Source of the DNA: a virus
Lineage: Duplodnaviria > Caudoviricetes
IMG/VR virus record: IMGVR_UViG_3300037420_001045
Span: 1 to 37,129 of that record
Direction: 5' to 3' (one strand)
Length of the DNA stretch: 37,129 nt
Made by a program: the position numbers and the translations under genes. Under the pieces are notes generated by a model, which saw nothing but the letters and a program-made list of their open reading frames with translations, made no database searches and was not told the origin of the DNA. Positions 1 through 7,530 of this stretch are shown here, piece by piece (the first letter of the stretch is position 1; each line of letters begins with the position of its first letter).

Positions 1-121
1 CGCGGAAGATGCCGGCATGGTCAGAGGGGCCGCTGCTCATCGTCCGCCTGACTCGCGTCGGTCCTCGCCTACTCGATACGGACAACCTCGCCGCTGCGCT
101 CAAGGGCCACCGTGACGCAGT
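1..121. repeat. Terminal direct repeat, copy 1 (circular-assembly overlap)
   Basis: Identical to 37009-37129; the ORF crossing the junction stays in frame. Confidence 0.97.
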
Positions 122-506
122 TGCCGCTCGCCTTCGAGTGGACGACGCATCCCCGCTGGTAAAGTGGGAGTACCACCAAGCCAAGGGCGAGCCGGCTGTA
201 GTGGTCAATGCATGGAAGGCTGGCCAGCAGGTGCCGGCCTATCTCCGGGCCGCCGCCGCGCCGCGCAAGGGCGATGCGGCCAAGGCGCGGGCTTACGGCC
301 GCGCACGCATGGCGCAGGAACGGCTCGCTGCTGGCTCGTCCGTCCACGCCGCCTACACTCCGCCCCGCTCAACGCCCGTGGACGCGGCCAGGGAGGCGGA
401 TGTGTTTGCGCCGCCTGATGAGCGACTCTGTGTGCGGTGCAAGGCGACACCAACGAATTCACAGGACGGAGTATGCCTCGCATGCAAGTTGTCGGAGCAT
501 CTCTAG
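9..506 (+). CDS. rusA: RusA-like resolvase, 3' part, with Ala/Pro-rich extension and C-terminal CxxC..CxxC finger
   Basis: LDTDNLAAALKGHRDAVA...VDD matches the RusA DxDN..K...D...DD pattern; it lies downstream of the replication genes. Confidence 0.75.
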   Translation: MPAWSEGPLLIVRLTRVGPRLLDTDNLAAALKGHRDAVAARLRVDDASPLVKWEYHQAKGEPAVVVNAWKAGQQVPAYLRAAAAPRKGDAAKARAYGRARMAQERLAAGSSVHAAYTPPRSTPVDAAREADVFAPPDERLCVRCKATPTNSQDGVCLACKLSEHL

Positions 507-709
507 CGCCTGAGCCCAGGAAGCGCCCCCACCGCCAGCAATGTGAGGGCCTTCACCATGGCGCGGAGCACGGAGGAAGTGGTGAGCGGGCCGGAGTCCA
601 CGGTGTCCGCCGCCACGGCTAGAATGCCCACGATGGCGAGGACGTAGGGAACGGCAGCGGGAGGCACAACGGGCTTCCCGGTAGGGCTCGGAGCAGGATC
701 GAGGTTCAT
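503..709 (-). CDS. Small two-TM membrane protein, holin candidate
   Basis: MNLDPAPSPTGKPVVPP followed by two hydrophobic segments and a basic C-terminus (PGLRR). Start uncertain (709 or 727); no clear RBS. Confidence 0.5.
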   Translation of the reverse strand: MNLDPAPSPTGKPVVPPAAVPYVLAIVGILAVAADTVDSGPLTTSSVLRAMVKALTLLAVGALPGLRR

Positions 710-725
710 AAGGAAGAAGGATACC

Positions 726-968
726 ATGGGGACGATTCGAATCGACGACGCTCTTGAAATGCTGGCCACTCGCGGAATGGCTGAGGGCAATGGGCTCGTG
801 ATGGAGGCGGTTCGCGACGCCCGCGCCGAGTTGGAGGCGATCCGGAAGGCGGCGAAGGACCTACGCGACACCACTATCAAGCCTCACGGGTTCGACAGTG
901 GCGCATACTCGAAGGCACTCAGCGCGGCATTGGACCTGCTCTGGGTCATCGCCAAGGAGGAGCCGTGA
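726..968 (+). CDS. Hypothetical helical protein (paralogue of 24433..24648)
   Basis: AAGGA-rich RBS; shares EAIxxAAKxL and AAxDLxxxIAKxxP with 24433..24648. Confidence 0.75.
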   Translation: MGTIRIDDALEMLATRGMAEGNGLVMEAVRDARAELEAIRKAAKDLRDTTIKPHGFDSGAYSKALSAALDLLWVIAKEEP

Positions 969-1108
969 GCCACGCTCTCTTCGCTGTGGTGGATGCGGTG
1001 CTGTGGGTAAAGTTCACCGATGCCGCATACGACTCGGCGGTTGTCCCGATGGATGTGTGGGAGTTTGCTCTGACGCTCGGTTGGTGGCGCTCCTGCTGGC
1101 CGGTGTAA
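965..1108 (+). CDS. Hypothetical 47-aa protein
   Basis: GTGA overlap with the upstream stop; read by hand (MSHALFAVVDAVLWVKF...). Confidence 0.5.
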   Translation: MSHALFAVVDAVLWVKFTDAAYDSAVVPMDVWEFALTLGWWRSCWPV

Positions 1109-1146
1109 CAAAAGACGCGATAGCCGTTTTAGATGGAGGAGGACAT

Positions 1147-1362
1147 ATGAAGCACGAGATCAAAGAGACGTGCGCCCATGCAGGCGGATGCGACGCAACC
1201 ACAACGCGAGACCCCGTGTTTCTCGACACTATTGAGCATGAGAATTGGTTTCGAATGGGAGGCGGCAAGTACGGCACGCCGCGATACCTATGCCCATCGC
1301 ACTCGGTGAAACAACGTGCCGAGGTCCAGCAGATTGGCGAGGCGTTGTACGGGAAGCGCTAG
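1147..1362 (+). CDS. Small Cys/His putative Zn-binding protein
   Basis: Strong GGAGGAGG RBS; CAHAGGC...CPSH. Confidence 0.7.
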   Translation: MKHEIKETCAHAGGCDATTTRDPVFLDTIEHENWFRMGGGKYGTPRYLCPSHSVKQRAEVQQIGEALYGKR

Positions 1363-1365
1363 CTC

Positions 1366-1683
1366 ATGGCCTTCACCGACCTGGACGAGCACATAGCGGA
1401 GATATTCGGCACCGTGGTTGCCGAGGACCAGCACACAACATCACTCCAGTCCCAGCGAGGCTCTGGCGCCCCACGTGGCTACAGAACCACCAGAGAGAAG
1501 CACCGCGTGGAACACGAGCGCCGCAAACGTAGGGCCATAGAGCGATTCATGGCCGAGGTTGCAGATGGGACTCGGCCGACTACATGCCGTGGCCCGTCAT
1601 GCTGCAATCTCCTGCTACCTCAGCGCGGGGCTATTCTAGAGTGCTGCAGTGGGCGCTGCAGGAAGGCGAAGCAGCGAATGTGA
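1366..1683 (+). CDS. Hypothetical protein with C-terminal CGNR-like zinc finger
   Basis: CRGPSC...CCSGRCRKAKQR; last gene of the + arm. Confidence 0.6.
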   Translation: MAFTDLDEHIAEIFGTVVAEDQHTTSLQSQRGSGAPRGYRTTREKHRVEHERRKRRAIERFMAEVADGTRPTTCRGPSCCNLLLPQRGAILECCSGRCRKAKQRM

Positions 1684-1730
1684 CACAAAGACGAAAGGCC
1701 CGAGCGGCTGGCTTGCGACTCGAAGCCGCG
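1684..1730 (-). terminator. Probable intrinsic terminator of the leftward transcript
   Basis: On the - strand an imperfect GC stem (GGCTTCGAG...CTCGGGCC) is followed by TTTCGTCTTTGT, where the two arms converge. Confidence 0.4.
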
Positions 1731-1803
1731 ACACCAGAACACCCGGACCCTTCGCTGCCCTCGTCGTGCGCTCCGCCTACGGAGACTCAGCGAGGCGCGG
1801 GCG

Positions 1804-2079
1804 CTACAGGAAGAGATGTACGACCCACCCGAGCAACAGGTGCACGAGAGGAACGACGATGGCGCGGACCATGGCGTCGGTCCACGTAGAAGTGTCCTTC
1901 GTGGGCGGCGTGTAACTCGCGAACACCCGCACGCAAAGCCCCAGACCAAGCGCCTGCATCGCGGTCAGCGGGTGAAGGCCAAAGGGCGGTACGACAAACC
2001 ACGACCACAACAACATCAGGCACCACGCGTGTAGCAGCGTAGAGACAACGATCACGCAAGTCCCCATGACGATCTTCAT
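1804..2079 (-). CDS. Small multi-TM membrane protein
   Basis: Three hydrophobic segments in 91 aa; GGAG RBS upstream. Confidence 0.65.
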   Translation of the reverse strand: MKIVMGTCVIVVSTLLHAWCLMLLWSWFVVPPFGLHPLTAMQALGLGLCVRVFASYTPPTKDTSTWTDAMVRAIVVPLVHLLLGWVVHLFL

Positions 2080-2121
2080 GTGCTCTCCGTTCTGCCGGGA
2101 CGAACCGGCAGAGGAAGAGTC

Positions 2122-2718
2122 TCACCACGAAACGGCGGCGTCAACCAAGTCGGCCACCTTCGCCGTGCCGCCAGTAGTGGACGTCCCGTTGAAATGGAGC
2201 ATATCTGCAGCACGGTATGCGGCCGCCATCTCAACCGGATCCCCGGTTCCGGCCATGCTCTCCAAGTCCACCACAGCATCCGCCGTCATTGCTAGGATGG
2301 AGGTTCTGAGCAGCAACCGCTGCGTCTCCTTGGTACCATCCCATGAGGCGCTGCCGCCACGAGGCGGAGGCGTGAGCACCGTCACGTTGATGCCGTTTGG
2401 GCTCCCGCTGGTGTCCGCCCGCATCTCCGTGACGAGCGCCTCCAGCGTGGCAAAGCATGACGCGGCTGACGTGCCAGACGCGAGATCGTTCGTACACACC
2501 AAGATCGCGGCGTGCGTGCACCCATGGCCCTGGAAATCGGACTCATAGAGCGCCTTCGCCTGTGCCACAGTGTAGCCGCCCACTCCAGCGTTGATGACGC
2601 CGAAGCGCTGCCCAGCACGGCGAGAGCCCAGAAGGCTCGGCCACCCAGGATTGCCACTCAGAATGGGCCCACCCTGAACGAGCGAGTCACCGAGGCACAG
2701 CAGGATTTTGACGCCCAT
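2122..2718 (-). CDS. SGNH/GDSL hydrolase
   Basis: Block I GDSL, block II NAGVGG, block III TND, block V DMLH. Confidence 0.92.
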   Translation of the reverse strand: MGVKILLCLGDSLVQGGPILSGNPGWPSLLGSRRAGQRFGVINAGVGGYTVAQAKALYESDFQGHGCTHAAILVCTNDLASGTSAASCFATLEALVTEMRADTSGSPNGINVTVLTPPPRGGSASWDGTKETQRLLLRTSILAMTADAVVDLESMAGTGDPVEMAAAYRAADMLHFNGTSTTGGTAKVADLVDAAVSW

Positions 2719-2726
2719 GGTTCACC

Positions 2727-3458
2727 TCAAGGACAAGCGGGGCAGGTGGTCGAAGTGCCAGCAGTCTTCGGGCACCCAGTGTTGACCCACGTGTAACTGG
2801 GCGAACCAGCGCCGTCCGAGACACAGGCGCAGACCCGAGACTGGTCCGAGAGGCTAGATCCGCTCTGCACCTTGATGGTCCCCTCTGGCACGGAGCCGGC
2901 CGACGAGGATCCGTTACAGGTGCCGAGGCTGCTCACCGGAAACACGTGGGGGTTGAAGATGTCGATCACCCGGTTGGCCGTGAACGAACCGATCGTGTCC
3001 GTGGACACCGTGGGGATCATCCATGCACTGGCGCAAACCACCTGTGAGCCGTCGGAGTAGCAGTAGATGTTTCCGCCGCCAACGTCGAAGTAGAAGCGCG
3101 CACCAGTCTGCGCCACCCCGAAGGCCCGCTGTCCAGAGCCGGCCTGGGAGATGACCGAGAATGGAGTGATGATGGTGTCCGGATTGACTTTCTGGCTGTC
3201 GGTGAACCCATTCGGCACGTCCACCTCCGCGCCCACGAGGCCGATGCTTCCTCCATCGTACTGGAGGTAGACGGAGTCCGTCGGATGGTCGAGGTAGATC
3301 TTCGTGCTGGCGCTCACGGCAGGCACGCCACCTCCGCCCACACCAGACTGACCCGAACCGTCGAATGGGCCCCCGGAGATGGCAGGCAGGACGGAGAAGG
3401 TGAGGGCGCCAGCCAGCACGAGCGAGCCCAGCAGCAGTTTCTTGGTGGTGTTCGTCAC
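2727..3458 (-). CDS. Exported Cys-rich protein with signal peptide
   Basis: KK plus hydrophobic N-terminus, Gly linker, beta-rich body, C-terminal CAC...C...CPACP. Confidence 0.75.
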   Translation of the reverse strand: MTNTTKKLLLGSLVLAGALTFSVLPAISGGPFDGSGQSGVGGGGVPAVSASTKIYLDHPTDSVYLQYDGGSIGLVGAEVDVPNGFTDSQKVNPDTIITPFSVISQAGSGQRAFGVAQTGARFYFDVGGGNIYCYSDGSQVVCASAWMIPTVSTDTIGSFTANRVIDIFNPHVFPVSSLGTCNGSSSAGSVPEGTIKVQSGSSLSDQSRVCACVSDGAGSPSYTWVNTGCPKTAGTSTTCPACP

Positions 3459-3925
3459 GGTTCATCTCCTGCGACGTTGACGAGTTGGGGGTCACCAGAC
3501 TGTTTCGGGCGCTCTGCTCTCAGGGCGTAGGCGTAGCACTTCCCCTCGTGCTCAAAGGCATAGGCTTCCGCGTCCTTCGGGCATGGCGGACGGATGTCGA
3601 GTCGGAGCCAGCACACCCCGTTGATGGCCTCCTCGCCCATCCGCACGGCGCACGGGGGTTTGCGCTGGCGAGGATCTGGGGCGGGCAGCGCGCCCAACAC
3701 TGGCCACCTGAATGGCAGCCCTACTTCCGCTGTCGTCCACTCCTGCACCGGCACGGGGAGCGGAACGGGCCCCGGAGTAGGTGGCTCAGGCCTGAGCAAC
3801 GTGCTGGCTCCGGTGGGAATGAGGATGGAGAGGACGATCACCAGCACTGCTCGAAGCATCCGAGGGGTGGCTGCGAAACGAAGGCTTTCGAGCGGACGGA
3901 ACAGCGGTGGGGGCTTGATGCTCAT
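3455..3925 (-). CDS. Membrane-anchored Cys-rich protein resembling the C-terminal domain of myxobacterial Ser/Thr kinases, with no kinase domain
   Basis: One TM helix, a Pro linker, then QRKPPC...EEAINGVCW...PPC...EHEGKCY. ATG at 3925 has an AAGGAG RBS. Family resemblance is from memory. Confidence 0.65.
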   Translation of the reverse strand: MSIKPPPLFRPLESLRFAATPRMLRAVLVIVLSILIPTGASTLLRPEPPTPGPVPLPVPVQEWTTAEVGLPFRWPVLGALPAPDPRQRKPPCAVRMGEEAINGVCWLRLDIRPPCPKDAEAYAFEHEGKCYAYALRAERPKQSGDPQLVNVAGDEP

Positions 3926-3936
3926 GTACTGCTCCT

Positions 3937-4116
3937 TCACAGCCCGAGGGCCGTCTTCGTGTCTGATGGTGAAGTGGTGGCGAGGATGATGGCGCCGCTG
4001 GCCAGCAGGACCTGGGAGCCATTCTCGGGCCGGTCCGCGTCTCGAATGGCCACAACGGAGGCCGCGTCCACGTAGACAGATTTGCCGCCCGGAGCGGAGA
4101 GCGTCACGAGGGACAT
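3937..4116 (-). CDS. Hypothetical 59-aa protein (not in the ORF track)
   Basis: Read by hand: MSLVTLSAPGGKSVYVDAASVVAIRD...ALGL; fills the gap between neighbours. Confidence 0.6.
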   Translation of the reverse strand: MSLVTLSAPGGKSVYVDAASVVAIRDADRPENGSQVLLASGAIILATTSPSDTKTALGL

Positions 4117-4280
4117 TGGGCCTCGGCGGGTCGCGACTTCATGTCCGCCTCAGCCATCTCTGCCTCGTGGCGGCGCGATGCGGCCACTTCCGCATGCACA
4201 CGAGCGAGATCCGCGCGCTGCTCCTCGCTCATCGCCGCCAACATTGCCTCGTACTCCGCGTCATCTGCCTCTGTGGTCAT
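4104..4280 (-). CDS. Hypothetical acidic 58-aa protein (not in the ORF track)
   Basis: ATGA overlap with the upstream lipoprotein stop; MTTEADDAEYEAMLAAMSEEQR... Confidence 0.55.
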   Translation of the reverse strand: MTTEADDAEYEAMLAAMSEEQRADLARVHAEVAASRRHEAEMAEADMKSRPAEAQCPS

Positions 4281-4909
4281 GGATTCCTCATCAGGTGCAT
4301 GCGGAGCCCACGCAGGAAGGCGTCAGTCTCCGGCGCCAGCGCCTCTTCTTCGCATGCCTCTTTCTCAAAGTCCTTGGCGCGCTTCCGCGTGGCGTTGATG
4401 TGCATCATGAAGTACTCGTTCTTGGAGACACTGGGCTGCTCGATTGTGGCCATGCACGCGCTGTAGGCCCGAGCAACAAGGCACCGGCGCTGGTATGGGT
4501 TGAGCCCGGACACGTCAACGGCAACGTGCGGTTGGAACGCGGTCAGGAGCCAAGCGCACTTCCGAGCGTAGTACCGATCCTCTTCCGTGCCTGTGACTGG
4601 TGTGTACGGCAGTGGCACTGACAGGAACACGGGAGGATTCGGCCACGTGGGATTGGCCTTCGGCAGTGGGCCGCCATCGGGCAGATCATCACGCGCCGCC
4701 CAAATCCCCGGTTCCCTCCGGGTGTCCGGCGTCTCGGGCAGCACCCGCTTATGGGGCGAGCGCTCGGGCTCCGGGGCCACATAGCCGGGGTGGCCGATGG
4801 TGATAGGAGCGTCCGCCTCCGGTTCGAAGGTGGGTGGGAACGGCACAGCCGACTGGTTGTGCGCACCGCAGGCGGAAAGGAACAGGGCGCATACACACGT
4901 CACGCGCAT
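4277..4909 (-). CDS. Putative lipoprotein
   Basis: Lipobox LSAC after a short hydrophobic leader; Pro-rich linker; four Cys in a helical C-terminal domain. Confidence 0.75.
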   Translation of the reverse strand: MRVTCVCALFLSACGAHNQSAVPFPPTFEPEADAPITIGHPGYVAPEPERSPHKRVLPETPDTRREPGIWAARDDLPDGGPLPKANPTWPNPPVFLSVPLPYTPVTGTEEDRYYARKCAWLLTAFQPHVAVDVSGLNPYQRRCLVARAYSACMATIEQPSVSKNEYFMMHINATRKRAKDFEKEACEEEALAPETDAFLRGLRMHLMRNP

Positions 4910-5076
4910 AACGGGAACCCCATACGGAAGTCTCTTGCGACGGAGAGTGTACCTGTTCTAAATGGATGGCACCACGCAACGCGGAGAGGGGCGCCACCTT
5001 GGCCGGCATGCGCTCCCCCACCGCGCGCTTGGACCCGCGAATGCCTCGCGGATTGGGCCCGCTGGAGGGCCGTACC

Positions 5077-5535
5077 ATGCCAAATACACTGTATCGACTC
5101 GTTGGTGCAACACGCTTGTGCTTCTGCGTGGGCGCCATTGTGTTGTCTCTGGGCGCCTGCGGTGGCGGCGTAGACGACGCCTTCGCCGGCACATGGACCG
5201 GCGTGACAGTGGCGTCGGGTACTGGCGGCTCGTTCTCGTATCAAAGCCGCCTCGTTGTGACGGTGGACGAGAACGGCAAGGGACTGGAGGTGTCGAGTAT
5301 CTGCCCACATGGCGGCGGGGCCATCCACGGCAGTGGGGAGGGCTCGTCGGTCCACTGGTCGGGCGAGGCCATTTGTCCGATCCCCAGCGCGTCGTGCGCC
5401 ACTGCAACGCTGACGTACCTCGAAGCGGATATGACCCTCGTCTCCGGCCACCTCTCAGCGACGGGGCGAGGCGATATCACGGCCTGTGGTTCTAGTGGCG
5501 TGGTCACCCTCTCTTTCGTTGGGGCCCGGCAATGA
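5077..5535 (+). CDS. Putative lipoprotein A (beta-rich, Cys-paired)
   Basis: GGAGGG RBS; lipobox LGAC; paralogous to the next gene; ends TLSFVGARQ. Confidence 0.8.
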   Translation: MPNTLYRLVGATRLCFCVGAIVLSLGACGGGVDDAFAGTWTGVTVASGTGGSFSYQSRLVVTVDENGKGLEVSSICPHGGGAIHGSGEGSSVHWSGEAICPIPSASCATATLTYLEADMTLVSGHLSATGRGDITACGSSGVVTLSFVGARQ

Positions 5536-6125
5536 AAGGGGTGCTCTTCGCGATGGTATTCGTGGCATGCGGAGGCGTGGCGCCGCCTCCCAGCCAGCAC
5601 GCAGACATTGATACAGATGGAGATGGGATCGTCGATTCCGCCGATGCATGCCCGGAGGCGCCAGAAACCGTAAACGGCTATCGCGATGATGATGGATGCC
5701 CAGACTCCAGCACACGTCACGACCCATTCCCTACGGAGTTGGCCCATCAGTGGTCCGGGACCATGACTCTCAACATCGCAGGCTCCTCCGTCTCTTCCCC
5801 TCATGTGATGACGCTCACGATGGCAGAAGATGGCATGAGCGCAATGCTCACTGGGGTGTGCCCCGATGGGTCTGGCTCCGTGAGCCTCGTGTGGTTGGAT
5901 GGGGCTGCTTGGTGGTCTGGGGCCATGTTGTGCAAGGCTGCCACCTGGGCCGGCTGCAAGGCCATTGATGCGACGGTTTACCGGATTCGCGGCATTGGCG
6001 TCGGTTCGTCCAGTGTCGATATCACCCTTGAGGGGACGGCCCGGAGTGGCCCAAGTCCCAGCGCTCCGACCGCCTGTAACGCGTCTGGGGAGATGACACT
6101 CGTGTTCGACGGTGCCCGACAGTAA
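5532..6125 (+). CDS. Putative lipoprotein B with a thrombospondin type-3-like Ca-binding repeat
   Basis: Lipobox-like FVAC; DTDGDGIVDSADACPEAPETVNGYRDDDGCPD; ends TLVFDGARQ. Confidence 0.82.
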   Translation: MKGVLFAMVFVACGGVAPPPSQHADIDTDGDGIVDSADACPEAPETVNGYRDDDGCPDSSTRHDPFPTELAHQWSGTMTLNIAGSSVSSPHVMTLTMAEDGMSAMLTGVCPDGSGSVSLVWLDGAAWWSGAMLCKAATWAGCKAIDATVYRIRGIGVGSSSVDITLEGTARSGPSPSAPTACNASGEMTLVFDGARQ

Positions 6126-6130
6126 GGGCA

Positions 6131-7192
6131 TCACTGGACTCCGAAGATCACCACGTAGATTGAACGTGCAGGGGCCGTCTGGAGGTTGATGGTGGCCGTT
6201 CGGTTCGTTGCCCGCAGGGTGAGAACGGTCGTGGTAAGCCCCTGCACGTTCATGATGTCCTCGGCTGTAGAACTCATCGCCACTGGGCAGTACGCGGGGG
6301 AACCACCAGCCGTAGTGAAGGCGGAGGCAAAGGTGATTTCAAGGTCGCCAGAGCCGGAGAACGCATAGGAATCGATGTTGAACCCGTCCACGAGCACGTC
6401 GCTCGCGCCGGTGATGATTCGCGCCCACGCCTTGCAGACGTTCTTAGGGGTTAGCGCGTTCGTGAATGCAACGTCACTATCTGGGTTCACCGCAGCCCCG
6501 CCGCTTGCGCCAGTGAAGGACAGGTAGCCCTTCTCCACCACGAGCGATGTTTGGGCAGTGGACCCAGTTGCGGCGGTTCCAGCGACGGCCTTCACGCCGG
6601 GCCATCCCGCTGCGCCAGTGGCGTTGAGCCCCTCCACGGTGGTGCCAGTGGCGACGACGCCCACAGTGCCAGTCGCGTTGACGCCCCAACCAGTGGTGCC
6701 GCCAGTGGCGACAACGCCTGTCCCCGAGCCGATGCCCGTCACGGAAAGACCCGGGCCATTGCTCGACCCGCCAACGAACGTCCCACCTGCCGCCGTGCCA
6801 TTCCCCGTCGCAGTGAGCGCAGTGGCGTTTGTAGTGCTGTTGGTGATCGTCAGCCCCTTCTGGCCGTGGAGCGGCTGCGGACTGAGAAACTCCCCGTCGC
6901 CAACGGTGGCGTAGACGGTGCCAAGCACCGAGAGGCCGACAATCCCGTCATCCACCCGGTAGAGGCCCGTGGTGGGCTCCGCCTCGAAGGAGAGGGCCGG
7001 GGCGCCAGAGATGCCGTCCTTGAGCAGCAGCGGCACGCGCATGGCCCCGTTGCCGTCACGGCTCAGGGACTCACTCAGCGCGGAGGCGATGTCATTGAGC
7101 GTCTGGTTCGCCCACGTCGAGGAGATGAGCGTGTTGGGGGAGACGGGGTTGCCGGCAACGAGGGTGTAGTTACCGCCAGTCGAGCGAGGCAT
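6131..7192 (-). CDS. Tail fibre / receptor-binding protein
   Basis: Podophage fibre-type N-terminus (PR..G.YTL..GNPV..NT.ISSTWAN.TL.DIA.AL..SL.RDG), Gly/Thr-rich beta repeats and a KAWA-type C-terminal domain. ATG at 7192 overlaps the upstream TGA. Confidence 0.8.
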   Translation of the reverse strand: MPRSTGGNYTLVAGNPVSPNTLISSTWANQTLNDIASALSESLSRDGNGAMRVPLLLKDGISGAPALSFEAEPTTGLYRVDDGIVGLSVLGTVYATVGDGEFLSPQPLHGQKGLTITNSTTNATALTATGNGTAAGGTFVGGSSNGPGLSVTGIGSGTGVVATGGTTGWGVNATGTVGVVATGTTVEGLNATGAAGWPGVKAVAGTAATGSTAQTSLVVEKGYLSFTGASGGAAVNPDSDVAFTNALTPKNVCKAWARIITGASDVLVDGFNIDSYAFSGSGDLEITFASAFTTAGGSPAYCPVAMSSTAEDIMNVQGLTTTVLTLRATNRTATINLQTAPARSIYVVIFGVQ

Positions 7193-7530
7193 CAGGGCAC
7201 CTCCGTGACCCAAGTGCAGTCCGTGGCGCTGCCGGAGCACCCAGTCTGCGAGGCGGAGGCAATGCACCAGAGCGGCAGGGCGGGGAAGGAGGCCCACTTG
7301 CCGACTTCAATCTCCATGCCTTGCCCCACGACGAAAGAGGGGGTGCCGGTCTCGGTGGGCAACTGGTACCGACACCAGATGGAATTACCCCCTCGGTTGT
7401 CGATTCGGAACGAGCGGGAGGTGCTGGTGTCGCTGAGGGTGATGGCCGTTACCGAAGTGGTGACGGTGAATGCCGTGGTGCGCGGCGAGGCGGCGCCGAG
7501 GGCCATGAGGAGGAGCAGGGCAGGCTTCAT
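7192..7530 (-). CDS. Small exported protein with signal peptide and four Cys
   Basis: MKPALLLLMALGAA leader; translationally coupled on both sides. Confidence 0.7.
   Translation of the reverse strand: MKPALLLLMALGAASPRTTAFTVTTSVTAITLSDTSTSRSFRIDNRGGNSIWCRYQLPTETGTPSFVVGQGMEIEVGKWASFPALPLWCIASASQTGCSGSATDCTWVTEVP

Noticed and set aside
1-121. Terminal repeat as a biological DTR or att site
   Set aside because: It falls in the middle of a gene and is best explained as assembler overlap of a circular contig.
4277-6125. Lipoproteins as o-spanins or SitA-type toxins
   Set aside because: No nested or adjacent coiled-coil i-spanin, and no recognisable nuclease toxin domain with an immunity gene. 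Not excluded without searches.
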